Positions 1-13,200 of a stretch of DNA of 64,000 nucleotides are shown here, piece after piece. Made by a program: the position numbers and the translations under genes. The stretch spans positions 306,342,001-306,406,000 of the forward strand of contig OZ024742.1 in NCBI GenBank assembly GCA_964016885.1. The letters are read 5' to 3'. This DNA comes from Eledone cirrhosa. Taxonomy: Eukaryota. The notes below the pieces were generated by a model, which had not been told where the DNA came from, did not search any database, and saw only the letters and a list, made by a program, of their open reading frames with translations. Position 1 is the stretch's first letter; the number at the start of each line of letters is the position of its first letter.

Positions 1-95
1 ACGGCGGGATTTGAACTCAGACATTAAAGAGCCGTAACTCTGTGCTGCAAAGCATGTTTTCCGACGCTCTCCCGATCCTACCAATCCACAGCCTT
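1..95 (-). mobile_element. tRNA-derived SINE, 5' part (family S1)
   Basis: Reverse complement matches the head of the SINE copies at 52602-53211, including B-box-like GAGTTCAAATCC. Confidence 0.8.
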
Positions 96-584
96 GCAGA
101 GAGTTAATAATAGCAATAATACGGTGCAGGAAAATATTATCAATATCACATCATTATGTTTATCCGTATATGACGCGCGTTTCGCGATTATTTAGTTCAA
201 ACAACTATTGGTATTGAGAGCATCTGACTCTGGGACCTGTAGTTCATTAAACTTGTCGATTATCAAATACGTATACATTTATATGATTTATAGATGGTAT
301 TCCACATCCACGCGTGCTTCACGAAGAAAAATGTCTTTAACCATATGATCACATTTGTGGGACGGTTGCATTAAGACAAAAGTTTAACATTTCTTTAGTC
401 ATACTTAGAATAACAATCAATAATGCTGTATATAAACGCACACATAAGCCTATACTATATGTATGATCATGCACTCGCGCATTATTACATATAGACGTGC
501 ACATATGTACATTTGCACACGCATATATATACGTATGTATATATAAATATGTATACACACATACACATACAAACACATACATGC

Positions 585-647
<63 letters not shown>

Positions 648-1330
648 AGAGAGATACCTTTGTACAAACATGAATACATGTATACATGCATACACAATAA
701 CATATTTGCATACAAACACATTTTTTTTTATATCTGCGTCTAAAAGCATATATATATATACATATATATATACATATGTGTGTGTGTCTATATGTGTGAG
801 TGTATCTGTGTGTGTGCGCGTGTGTGTGTACATTTGTTTTGTTTCACTTTATGTGCTTTTTATCATTCTGTGAATGTGATTGTGCGTGCATCCGCCTTTA
901 TGAATTTGACATAAGTTCACGACCAAATACAAAAGATAGCCATAAACCATCTTCTGTTTGACCTTTCTGCTTATAGTTTGGATAGAAGCAATATTTTTTC
1001 TCAACACTTGGTCCTTACTGACTTCTTCTGACATCAAGTGTGTTTTCAGCTTTTGACTAACTTCCAACTATTGATAGCACGCCAAGTCAAACATGAACCA
1101 AGAATATTTCAGCGACTGATGTATCGAGAATGTCGGATGCATTGTATATGTTACTTTCCTGTATCAAACAAATACACTTCTGTCATAATAGATATAATGC
1201 CCAGTGTTACAAGTCGGCTTTTAAATTGGAGGTGCTACGATTAAAAGTTAGCTAAGCGTTCGTACCCTGAAACAGAAAGTAATGATATACAGAACAATGC
1301 ATATAGCGTTCAATTATATATACTGATTGG

Positions 1331-1815
1331 TACTGATTGGTACTTATCAAAGCCAAGTACTCCACCTGTCTGCTGAAAATTATGAATGTTTGATTCTTAT
1401 AGAATTCTAGTAATAATCAGGAACTGATTATACAGAGCGGTTGCCGGTCAAGCAGAAATTGAAAATTAGAATTGGCGCTCTGAAATAGCGATATATATAT
1501 ATAAATGTATATATAGTGTATTTTGCAATACACTTATGCATAATTAAAAATATTTCGAAGACCTTACGCTATTGTTTTAGAGTAGTGACAGTCTCACTTA
1601 CTTTAAATTTTCATCAAACAAGATGAGATAAAGCTGACAGAGCTCTGTTTCGTACTAATTGGTACTTATCAAAGCCAAGTACTCCACCTGTCTGCTGAAA
1701 ATCATGAATGTTTGATTCTTATAGAATTCTAGTAATAATCAGGAACTGATTATACAGAGCGGTTGCCGGTCAAGCAGAAATTGAAAATTAGAATTGGTGC
1801 TCTGATATAGCGATA
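1331..1815 (-). mobile_element. Tandem ~322-bp non-coding retrozyme (family A), ~1.5 units
   Basis: Direct repeat with 322-bp offset (TTAGAATTGG at 1466 and 1788). Same family at 35164-35722. Contains a hammerhead. Confidence 0.8.
1632..1676 (-). ncRNA. Type I hammerhead ribozyme, U3-A8 core variant
   Basis: Minus strand reads GGCT-TTGATAA-GTAC caatta GTAC-GAAA-CAGAGCTCTG-TC-AGCT, giving stems I, II and palindromic III with a GUC site. Confidence 0.8.
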
Positions 1816-1858
1816 TATATATATATGAATACAGGTACACATATATATATGTACGTAT

Positions 1859-2129
1859 CAAATTAGGCTGCTCAGCCGTTAATTTTCATAAGGAAAGTAT
1901 ATACTTTCGAACGTTCAACCATCTGGCAGAAGGGTATACGGTGCTGATGATAGCTAAGAAGCTTAAAACTAGTACATCGTTCCTGTGTCAGTGTTGAACA
2001 AAAAGGTGACGTGGTTGCCTTAACACCGTACGGCGAAAATCAGGCTGTCCGTTTGTTTACAAACGGACAAAGCGGGCGTTATAATAAACGTCCGCTAAAC
2101 TGATACGTACATATATATATGTGTACCTG

Positions 2130-2211
<82 letters not shown>

Positions 2212-2638
2212 TACTACTGTACGTCTGTATACATATATGTATGTACGTATACATACATACTTACATTTAAGTAAGTGCCGTACTAAAAGTGAGAAATGAA
2301 ATTTCGTTTCATCCTATTTCAACTTATCGTTTTCGGTGCGCCTGGCCGACTGAACTCACTCGATATGCAAATTAGGCTGCTCAGCCGTTAATTTTCATAA
2401 GGAAAGTATATACTTTCGAACGTTCAACCATCTGGCAGAAGGGTATACGGTGCTGATGATAGCTAAGAAGCTTGAAACTAGTACATCGTTCCTGTGTCAG
2501 TGTTGAACATAAAGGTGACGTGGTTGCCTTAACACCGTACGGCGAAAATCAGGCTGTCCGTTTGTTTACAAACGGACAAAGCGGGCGTTATAATAAACGA
2601 CCGCTAAACTGATACGTACATATATATATGTGTACCTG

Positions 2639-2704
<66 letters not shown>

Positions 2705-3131
2705 TACTACTGTACGTCTGTATACATATATGTATGTACGTATACATACATACTTACATTTAAGTAAGTGCCGTACTAAGAGTGAGAAATGAAATTTTGT
2801 TTCATCCTATTTCAACTTATCGTTTTCGGTGCGCCTGGCCGACTGAACTCACTCTATATGCAAATTAGGCTGCTCAGCCGTTAATTTTCATAAGGAAAGT
2901 ATATACTTTCGAACGTTCAACCATCTGGCAGAAGGGTATACGGTGCTGATGATAGCTAAGAAGCTTGAAACTAGAACATCGTTCCTGTGTCAGTGTTGAA
3001 CAAAAAGGTGACGTGGTTGCCTTAACACCGTACGGCAAAAATCAGGCTGTCCGTTTGTTTACAAACGGACAAAGCGGGCGTTATAATAAACGTCCGCTAA
3101 ACTGATACGTACATATATATATGTGTACCTG

Positions 3132-3169
<38 letters not shown>

Positions 3170-3222
3170 TACTACTGTACGTCTGTATACATATATGTAT
3201 GTACGTATACATACATACTTAC

Positions 3223-3225
<3 letters not shown>
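1859..3225 (+). mobile_element. Tandem ~500-bp retrozyme (family B), ~2.8 units, each with an internal (TA)n
   Basis: Three near-identical copies, with HHRs at 1938, 2447 and 2940 (offsets 509 and 493). Confidence 0.85.
2447..2489 (+). ncRNA. Minimal type I hammerhead ribozyme
   Basis: ACGGTG-CTGATGA-T AGCT aaga AGCT T-GAAA-CTAG-TA-CATCGT. The copies at 1938 (AAAA) and 2940 (GAA site) each carry one core mutation. Confidence 0.8.
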
Positions 3226-3252
<27 letters not shown>

Positions 3253-3258
<6 letters not shown>

Positions 3259-4040
3259 ATACTTTGGGACGGTCATGTTGCCAATAAGAAACACACGGAT
3301 TTGGTACGGGTGATGAGAAATGTGTGCCGCATGTGCAACCCCGAAGAACTAGAGAGACACATACAACACTTCATCCACCGTATGCAGTTCTCTGGTTACA
3401 ATCAGAGAGATAGAATCAGAGTGTATAGAGGAGCCAGAACCAAATGGGAAAAATGGTAAATAATGATATAAATGGGACCTGCCCCTTGTATAGGAGCAAA
3501 TTTTTGGAATAGAATAGAAAGAACTAGGAACAAGGCCAATAGAATAAACTCATGGTATGATAGCAATAAATACCAGAGTGTAATGTTCATCAATACAACC
3601 CCTAGAGGCGAACTAGCCTACAAATTTAGAAGGGCCCTAAATAAACATGAACTCAATATTAAGATAGTAGAAAGACCAGGTACCTCCGTAAAAACACTTA
3701 TTAGCAAGACATACCCGTTCCAAAGACCCTCATGTATAGATAAGAAATGTATAACCTGTAAAATAAGCCCCCATATTAACTGTAAAACTAGAAATGTAGT
3801 GTATAGCATAAGATGTACTGAAGGACAATGTAGAAACAAAAATATAGCGTACATAGGTGAGACAGCTCGTAGTATAGGGGAACGAATAAATGAACACTGG
3901 CGAGACCTTCAAGATAATAAAGAATCATCTGTGCTCGACCAACATGCTAAGATAGAACACAGGGGTAGATTAGAGAACATAGAAATAAAAATAGAATCCA
4001 CACACAGAAAAGATGCAATGTTTAGGCAAATTTGCCAGGG
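3253..4040 (+). pseudogene. Neptune-like Penelope-like element fragment (thumb, linker, GIY-YIG)
   Basis: Encodes CKTRNVVYSIRC...YIGETARSIGERINEH and is closely related to 49412-50239. Starts with an inverted copy of the family 3' end (ATTGTTATACTTTGGGACGGTCAT). Confidence 0.85.
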
Positions 4041-4050
4041 AACGTTTCCA

Positions 4051-4894
4051 TTGACGTACCCTTTAAAATACAACCATTACTTTTGGAGGCTGTCTGGATG
4101 GTTTTATAAATATAGTTTCCATTTATTAATATCGTATATCTACTCCATATATATACATGCACGCATCCATATATATGGATGCGTGCATGTATATATTTAA
4201 TTTTTGTTTATTTCAATTACCTCTGTAATTTATTTACATTATTCTTAACTCTGAAGCCGAGAATCATTCGGTTTGCTAAATAGAATTTTAGTCTACGACT
4301 TCAGTTATACCATGAACGTGGTTTTGTCTTTGCGTGTAATTGTTTTCACCGCTCCAAATAATGACGTATTACCTTAGTTTGTTTCCGTTCTTTGCCAGGG
4401 AACGTTTCCACGAATCAAAGTATCGTCTTCCTGTCTTCCTTCGGTTGCAACGTTTTTCGAAATATTTACTTCTGCGTTGACCGATTGATTTTTTTTACTT
4501 TCAGAAGATCCCGTTAATGGTGAAAGCAGCGATTCTTTGCTTAAAATTTAATCTGTTATTTTAATAAATATATACATATATATATACGATATTAATAAAT
4601 GGAAACTATATTTATAAAACCATATTTATTTCATTAAACATATTTCAGGGATACCACATTAAATTATGGTATGCCTTCATCAGACAAAATACAATATATA
4701 ACAGTTTTACAAATAGGTTTGACGTACCCTTTAAAATACAACCATTACTTTTGGAGGCTGTCTGGATGGTTTTATAAATATAGTTTCCATTTATTAATAT
4801 CGTATATCTACTCCAAAAATTTGTCGAGTGCTTTATATCTGTTATAAAAATATTTACTTGTTGTATCCCAACAAATTTAAATAGAACTTTTGCA

Positions 4895-4897
<3 letters not shown>
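4051..4897. repeat. Composite of small non-coding repeats with a 96-bp direct repeat and a fold-back
   Basis: 4051-4146 = 4719-4814, and 4582-4623 is the inverse of ~4765-4807. Partial HHR on minus at 4643-4683 (CTGATGA, stem II, GAAA). Confidence 0.6.
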
Positions 4898-4927
<30 letters not shown>

Positions 4928-4931
<4 letters not shown>

Positions 4932-5125
4932 TATTGAAATGGCTTCTAGAGGACTACAGGACTAGAACTGTTTCATTCGGGACAAATCATTGGGACTTCT
5001 TGATGATATTTCCCTCGAATGAATGAGTTCTAATCCTATAGAAGCCATTTCAATATTAAATATTTACACTCTACTATGTATTGAGTACCATAGTGCGGGT
5101 ACCTCCGATTGAACCCGGGATAAAC
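4928..5125. mobile_element. Small fold-back element with two degenerate hammerheads (family of 15817-15950)
   Basis: Inverted arms 4928-4948 and 5039-5059, then a tail. Shares GAAACAGTTCTAGTCCTGTA and the tail with 15817-15950. Confidence 0.65.
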
Positions 5126-5204
5126 ATATATATAGATATATATTACCCACTCAACTACCCAAGTATAGAGTACTCTGGATATATATATATATATATCTTA
5201 GCGA

Positions 5205-5379
5205 TCTACTTTCGTCTAATCGGACCGGAGAAACAATGTTTCCGTTGGTCTTTCCAATTGCTAATACTATCTATCGGTCGCAATTCCAGGTAGAAGGAGC
5301 AACGTGAAATAAAGTGTCTTGCTCAAGGATATAACGCATCGCTTGGTCCAATTCTCTAACCACTCAGCCACACGCCTTC
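5205..5379 (-). mobile_element. tRNA-derived SINE fragment (family S2)
   Basis: Reverse complement GAAGGCGTGTGGCTGAGTGGTTAG...CTTGAGCAAGACACTTTATTTCACG resembles 63815-64000. Confidence 0.6.
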
Positions 5380-5394
5380 ACACACACACACACA

Positions 5395-5663
5395 TATATA
5401 TATTGGTAAACGGAATAGAAAATGCTGACAAATTGTTCACAGTTGAAAAATGGTTTAATTAGGAATAAAAGAGTATTAGTGATTGTATGGGTTAGTATTC
5501 AGTTGTGGTTTTAAGTTTAAAACCACAACTGAATACTAACCCATACAATCACTAATACTCTTTTATTCCTAATTAAACCATTTTTCAACTGTGAACAATT
5601 TGTCAGCATTTTCTATTCCGTTTACCAATATATAATAACTTGTGTGTTACACCTCTATTCTTT

Positions 5664-5668
<5 letters not shown>
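5395..5668. repeat. Perfect ~118-bp-arm fold-back with 2-nt spacer and ~33-nt tail, in (TA)n
   Basis: Arms ~5397-5514 and 5517-5634 are reverse complements. Confidence 0.9.
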
Positions 5669-5735
<67 letters not shown>

Positions 5736-6324
5736 ACAATAATTTTTTAGCCAGAATAGAAATACCTTAATTCAAGTGCATATAGTCCGTCTGTATCGAT
5801 CTAGAGAATTTTAAATATTAAATCTATACTTACAGACGTAAAATGGCAACTGCCTGGTGCCTAGACGAGTTTAAATTTCAAAATCAAACCTTTTCAGCAG
5901 ATCGGGCAGAACTTCAAAACATAAACCTGTTTCACAAGGGATGTTATACTAATGAAATAATTAATTAATTACGGAACAACTATTTATAAAATAATTATTA
6001 GTGGAGTAATCAATTTTCTGTGATCTACGGTAGGCACCCAGAAATTAAAATCACTTCTCCTAAGATTGTATCTTAAGACTGATCTGTTGCAAGCCTAATA
6101 CATGTTTCTGTTTGCACACGACCTTCTCAGCATTCTGGCTCATATCCATGGCGGTAGAAATAACAGCCGTGAATATGTGATTATGATTATGATGTTCACC
6201 ACTGGATAGAGCTGGTCAATTCCGTATGGTCAATCCCAATGTAATAATATAGAGAGTACTCAACGTAAAGCATTTCAACCGTCTTTGTTTTTGTAGTTGG
6301 TGGTGATATTACGGAGTTAAATAT

Positions 6325-9300
6325 TATAATGAAATGACAGGAGGCAGGATTTGTGTAAATCCTTGAAAGGTTTATTATACTATGATCATTTCGATGACCG
6401 GGTTCCGTATGAATCCGGTGATATCATCAGGTATTCGAAATATAATACGTGAATGTAATAGATAAAATCCATGGGGCTGAAAATCAAGGACCCGAGGGCA
6501 ACCGCTATCCAGCACCTTCTACCTTTGTCGGTCGCCCTCAAGTGACATGGCTAAAGCTTACAGTGTGCTACTACCGGTCAGATAAAGGAAAACAGAAAGG
6601 GATGGGAACATAAGTTAGCGTTAATATCATGCTACAAGAAAAAAGAAAGAAAGAAGAGAGAAGAAGGGGGAAGAGGAACTAGAGAAGCCAGGGTTAATGT
6701 GAGCTATAAGAAGAAAGACAGACAGAAAGAGGAGGAAAGGTCGATATTACAGTCAGGCCAGGATTGTCGCGAAGAAATTTGTTTATTCTAAGAGACCCGT
6801 ATCTTAACAACTACTACCGGTCAAATATAGGCAAACAAAAAGGGGAAGGAAGATAAGTCTGCGGGAGCAAGACAGAAAGAAGGGAGAAGAGAAGGAAGAA
6901 AAGGAAGAAGTAGAAAAGTCAGGGTTGATGGCTACAAGAAGAAAGATAGAAAGAAAGAGGAAGAAAGGTCGATATTAGTGTCAGACTACAGTCAGGCCAG
7001 GAGTGGCGCGAAAAAATGTTCACAGGGACCCGTATCTTAGCAGAGGTAAATATAGTGGGGGTCAGTGTGTTATAATGTGTGAGCAGAAGATTGGAACGTT
7101 ACGTTTTTGTTTAGACTTATAGGATGAAGTTAATAATTAATAATTAATATCTAATATCAAAGAAATTAGAAAATTTAAAGTTAAACAGTTTAACATTTTA
7201 AGGTTGATATATCTAACAGTTCTGATTTGATCTGTAATTTAAAGGTACTATGTGGCGGTTAAAAAACCGGCCGCTCGCCGGGCCCCTGGTGCGAATCAAG
7301 CCACTCCGAGTAGTTTCATTTACCGAAAGAAGGGGAAATTTATTTTTCCAAGCACTCAAGGTAGGCCTATGCGCCAGGTGGCCGGTCCCGCCGCCAGGAA
7401 AACCCACCCAACAGTCCGACAGAAAGTTGGAACGTTAAAATATTGTTTTAATTTATAGGATGAAGTGAAAGAATTCAAGATAACATTATAAAATTAAAGA
7501 GTAAGAAGATTAAGAATTGAACAAACAGAAAATTGAAAATTAAACATTTGAAAAAAACTTTTTTAAGGTTTGGGGTTGCGAGGTTTAGTTAAAGAGAGTC
7601 TTTTGTGAAGAAACGTTAATTAAAAGGAAGAAGTAGAAAAGTCAGGGTTGATGGCTACAAGAAGAAAGATAGAAAGAAAGAGGAAGAAATGTCAGACTAC
7701 AGTCAGGCCAGGAGTGGCGCGAAAAAATGTTCACATGGACCCGTATCTTAGCATAGGTAAATATAGTGGGGGTCAGTGTGTTATAATGTGTGAGCAGAAG
7801 ATTGGAACGTTACGTTTTTGTTTAGACTTATAGGATGAAGTTAAACATTAATAATTAATATTTAATATTAAAGAAATTAGAAAACTTAAAGTTAAACAGT
7901 TTAACATTTTAAGGTTGATATATCTAATAGTTCTGATTTGATCTGTAATTTAAAGATACTATGTAGTGGTTAAAAAACATGCCGCGCGCCGGGCCCCTGG
8001 GGCGAATCAAGCCACTCCGAGTAGCTTCACTTACCGAAAGAAGGGGAAATTTATTTTTCCAAGCACTCAAGGTAGGCCTATGCGCCAGGGGGCCGGTCCC
8101 GCCGCCAGGAAAACCAACCCAACAGTCCGACAGAAAGTTGGAACGTTAAAATATTGTTTAAATTTATAGGATGAAGTTGAAAGAATTCAGAATAACATTA
8201 TAAAATTAAAGAGTAAGAAGATTGAGAATTGAACAAACAGAAAATTGAAAATTAAACATTTAAAAAAACTTTTTTAAGGTTTTGGGTTGCGCGGTTTAGT
8301 TAAAGAGGGTCTTTTATGAAGAAACGTTAATTGTATTATGTAGATCTTCTATAATTTATCCTAGTGGGATGTAGAGTAAGGGATATAGTCGGGTAATATT
8401 TATTTTTGTTCTCAGGGGGAGACATTCTAGTGTCGTGTGCTAATGGGTACAAGTGAGCAAAAGTCCAAATAGGAGGAGTAGAAATACATGGATACATAGA
8501 AGTGGAATACGTGGAAAAGCACATTGATAAAGCGAAGGTATAAATATATAAATATATAAATATAAATATGTAAATAAACCAACAAAAGTGGTGGTGGAGT
8601 AAGATGGAGAAATCAAGACATAGGAGAAGTACAATATAGTTCAGGTTTGCAGTATTAATGTTCCCAGGGGAAGACATTCCAGTGTCGTGTGCTAAGGGTA
8701 CACGCGAGTAAAAGTCCGAATACATGGATGTATAGAAGTAGAATACGTGGAAAAAGCATTAATACAGCAAATAAAGATATAAAGATATAAATAAACAGAC
8801 AAGAGTGGTGGTGGAGTAAATGGAGAGTTCAAGACACAGAAGAAATACAATATAGTTCAAGTTGCAGTCAGATAATGGATATAGATGTGGAAATGGAATT
8901 AGTGTGTGTTCGAGTCTGGGAATTCAGTGTGAGTTATACATGCCCTGAAGTATAGGGTAGCGAATTTAGTTAATACAGTGCAGTACAATACATGTTATGG
9001 TATAATCCGTAGAGTTTCGTCGAAGTCCGAATATTCTGAGAGGAAAGTAGCAATGGGCCAGGTGGGCGGTAGGCAAAAGCACTGAGTAGCCAAAGTCCGT
9101 ATGGTGGTTAGATATATTCAGTCCCTTTCTGTTTTCCTTTATCTGACCGGTAGTAGCACACTGTAAGCTTTAGCCACGTCACTCGAGGGCGACCGGCAAA
9201 GGTAGAAGGTGCTGGATGGCGGTCGCCCTGGGGTCCTTGATTTTCAGCCCTATGGATTTTATCTATTACATTCACGTATTATATTTCGAATACCTGATGA

Positions 9301-9395
9301 TATCACCGGATTCATACGGAACCCGGTCATTGAAATGATCATAGTATAATAAACATTTCAAGGATTTATACATATCCAGCCTCCTGTCATTTCAT

Positions 9396-9399
<4 letters not shown>
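6325..9399 (-). mobile_element. Non-coding PLE-type element with ~280-bp inverted ends carrying hammerheads and internal tandem duplications
   Basis: 6325-6602 is the inverse of 9122-9399. Internal direct repeats ~6899-7620/7622-8332 and ~8410-8660/8665-8870. The left tail extends beyond 6325 with an uncertain boundary. Confidence 0.75.
9290..9347 (+). ncRNA. Type I hammerhead followed by AATAAA (inverse copy at 6377-6434)
   Basis: ATAC-CTGATGA-[ACCGG...CCGGT stem II]-GAAA-TGATCA-TA-GTAT, then AATAAA at 9348-9353. Confidence 0.75.
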
Positions 9400-9464
<65 letters not shown>

Positions 9465-9488
9465 TCTAACATCTACTACAAAGACAGC

Positions 9489-9896
<408 letters not shown>

Positions 9897-10065
9897 CTGT
9901 CTCTGTAGCCTAGTAGTAGGTGTTAGAGACGGTGGAGAAATTGGTCTGGGGTTCACTCTCAGTCAGGAATAACTTGGGATAATTTTAAAAGGGAGATGCC
10001 CCATCATGGCCTCAGCCGGATGGCTGGAACAGGTAAAAGAGTAAAAGAGTATATATATATATATA

Positions 10066-10225
10066 TAGTAATAATAATAAATGTGAAGACTAAAATCCAA
10101 AGAGATAAGGAAAATATATATCAAATATATAAGAACCCTAGAGCAAATATTTATTAAAATAACAGTTTCAGAATATCCCGTTAAGGATGAAAGCAGCGAT
10201 TCTTTGCTTAAACTTTAATCTGTTA

Positions 10226-10232
<7 letters not shown>
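10066..10232. mobile_element. Small fold-back element between (AAT)n and (TA)n (family D)
   Basis: Same sequence at 4500-4566, 26513-26700 and 33705-33725, with an HHR-like CAGAAGA-TCCC gttaa GGGT-GAA core. Confidence 0.6.
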
Positions 10233-10278
<46 letters not shown>

Positions 10279-13200
10279 TGTGTGTACGTGTTTATATGTG
10301 TGTAGATATAATTCTATATCTGTGTTGTCTAGATGGTCAATCATATAATAACTGTTATCTATAACTAATTAACAATGTATATATATTCAGACAATAAAAA
10401 TCAATATCAGCTTTTTATCTGACTGTATGCCTATATTATCTTTTTACTATCTGTGTCTCTATGTGCTTATTTATCGCAATAGTATCAATTCATCCTTCTC
10501 ACTCATCATTTATCTGCCTATGAATGGCTGACGTTTTCCGATTTAATCTGACGTACCAAACTGATCGAATTTGGGTAGAATAGGTCAAACCGAAAACTAG
10601 CATAAACCCGATGTCTCAATATTGTGAGAAGCAATAAAAGGCATATTATTAATTGGAAACAAAACCAAGAATATGTAGAACAGGAAAATTCAAAACGTGG
10701 ACATATCAACTAAACGAGGTGGTAAGTAATATGTAAGTGGCATATTTGTGAAAAAGACATCTACACTATATTAAGATTGTTACATACTTTGTTACATACA
10801 TTGTTACCAATATCGAAGGGCTGCAGATAAAATCATTATAATCTTAATTTACATATCTCCTTGTATGTCATTGATATCTTCCGACGTCGTACCATTTATA
10901 AACTCATCACAGCTTTAAGATCATTACTGGAGATTGCAATAGCCTTGATATATAATAGCGTCATGAGTTTAGTAATGCGGATGAATAATCAACCACCTTC
11001 GCTTAAAATGTAATAGTAAATCGTTTAACAATATATGCTGAAAACGTAGATACAATACCTATTTAGCGTTTGCTAGTAATCAAATTACTGGAATGCATCA
11101 GCCACTAGTCTTCAATCTAATTCCACGTATATTGTATATCCTTGATATATTACTATAGAGAAATGTCAGTAATACTGTATTTAACGATATGAATTTAATC
11201 TGTCACTTACAAACCAACTAATGCCTATATGCCCGATTTGCTAAAACGTGTTTTCTAATGAATCTATAAAACCTTCAAGAAGAGAGATGGAATACATCTC
11301 GTTTTAAAGCAATTTGAGATACCTCTCAAAAGTGTTTGATGTTTTCAACTACATTACGTTTACATATCAATGCAAGGCAATGGTGGATTTCACGCTTCTT
11401 ACAAAATGTCGTTACTGCATAACAAATGCAGAAAATCATATAATATTGGCGAATAATTGAACTGAGGTTCTGCCTACTATGATGCAAAACCGAGCCAATT
11501 GTAAATCGGTGAAATTTCTTTGCGAACATCAAACGTAATGCCGAATTTTTGAAATAGGCAAGAGGGTGCAAAATATATGAATATCTTTGAGACCTGCCTA
11601 CTATTAATTACATCTCGATGAATCACCTCTTCTGGATAGTTACACTTAAGCATCTGGTAACGAGCGGTGTATAACAGAAAAGAAATAATCTAAGTGTTAT
11701 TAGTTGCCAGATCTTTGGCAACTGATTCTTATGGATATTCTTTATTTTTACTTGGGAAAGAAATATTAAGCAATGTGATTCTCGTTTAGAATATAACGAC
11801 AGAACATCATAATGAATATCCAGTGGCTGTCAGCGTGAAATAACTGCGCATATGAATACATTATTTCAAAATATATCGTCAGTGAATGGCGTGATACATT
11901 GACAACATTTGCGTGTCTAAAAATAACTTAGATATGGCTTCCAATATTCAACGGAGTAAGTCTCTATAGTGGCAAACACAATCGGTAACAGTTCTCTGAA
12001 GGATCTACTATTCAAATACTTTCCTTCAGAAATCACTGAAGAATTTATTTGATGGATGTTGAAGAGCACCTGTTTTCATGTGAGATGACAAAAAGTAGTT
12101 TAAAAGTGAGTGCTTATATTTCAGGTTCAAAGAGATGAGCTTAGAGCTGCAATATTAATTAAAACAAAGCTGATGCATTTTTTCAACAACTTAGTACAAA
12201 ATATTTCAGAAGATTCTCAGTTTTTCATTACGCATTATCAAATATATAAACATGACGGTTACGATTACCGTCACAATTTAGACGTAATATATTTGGTCTT
12301 CAATGAATTAGAAATATTGTCAATGTGGATGTTTTTAGTTTGTGATGTAGACCAATTTCTCGTATTGGAACAAGAAAATGCAATTACAAGAATTGATTGC
12401 TTTTAAATAAAGCAAATTATTGAAGCTCAAATTTCAGAATTGATATTATCATTTCTAACTAGATCACCAAATTTAAATATCAAGCCTGAAATATAAACCA
12501 TTGTGAAAAGGAAATATTTGTGCTTCTGTCGGCATATTTAGACAAACCTGTAATTGGTGATGTTATTGATTCTTTGATGAAAATGTGAAGCTGACTATAT
12601 ATAGCCAGACGGGGTGATTTAATACTGAGCTGGACTTGAAAAAATGGAATGAAGCTTCCTCAGTTTCAATGTTGGGTTTTCAGGTTGCTCGATAAAGGAG
12701 AAGATTTCTAGTGCATTTAACACGTACATGAGTGAGCAGCACAATGACACGTGTGTCTTGAAAGTAATTTACAGGAAGTTTCATTATGACACTGTTACAG
12801 TAACTCATATGAATTCACAATAACGCAGGTCACACACATATTGAATTATTCTGGAAATATTCTTTTAGATCTTTATATTTGACTATCAAATGAAGTTCTA
12901 AGGTATACACACTAAATATTATGGCGTACCCTGTAGAAATATATGACCTAATAAACCTATAATGTATGACCTAATATACCTATAATATATGACTTAATGT
13001 ACTTTATAATATTAATTCTAAAATAGCACTATTCCTGAATAGCATTTTGACAGAACTATTTATAATTCAAAAGCTTGTTTGTTAGTAAATGTAAGTCTAA
13101 ATATGTCGTGCATAAACAGCTTTGACCATATTTTTTGAACAAATTTATTTGTAACATAATATATTGCTGAGCCATTTAACATTAACATTAAAATCTTCAC

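Noticed and set aside
1331-3225. CRISPR-like or classic satellite array
   Set aside because: The units are 320-510 bp with no unique spacers, the context is eukaryotic, and retrozymes explain them better.
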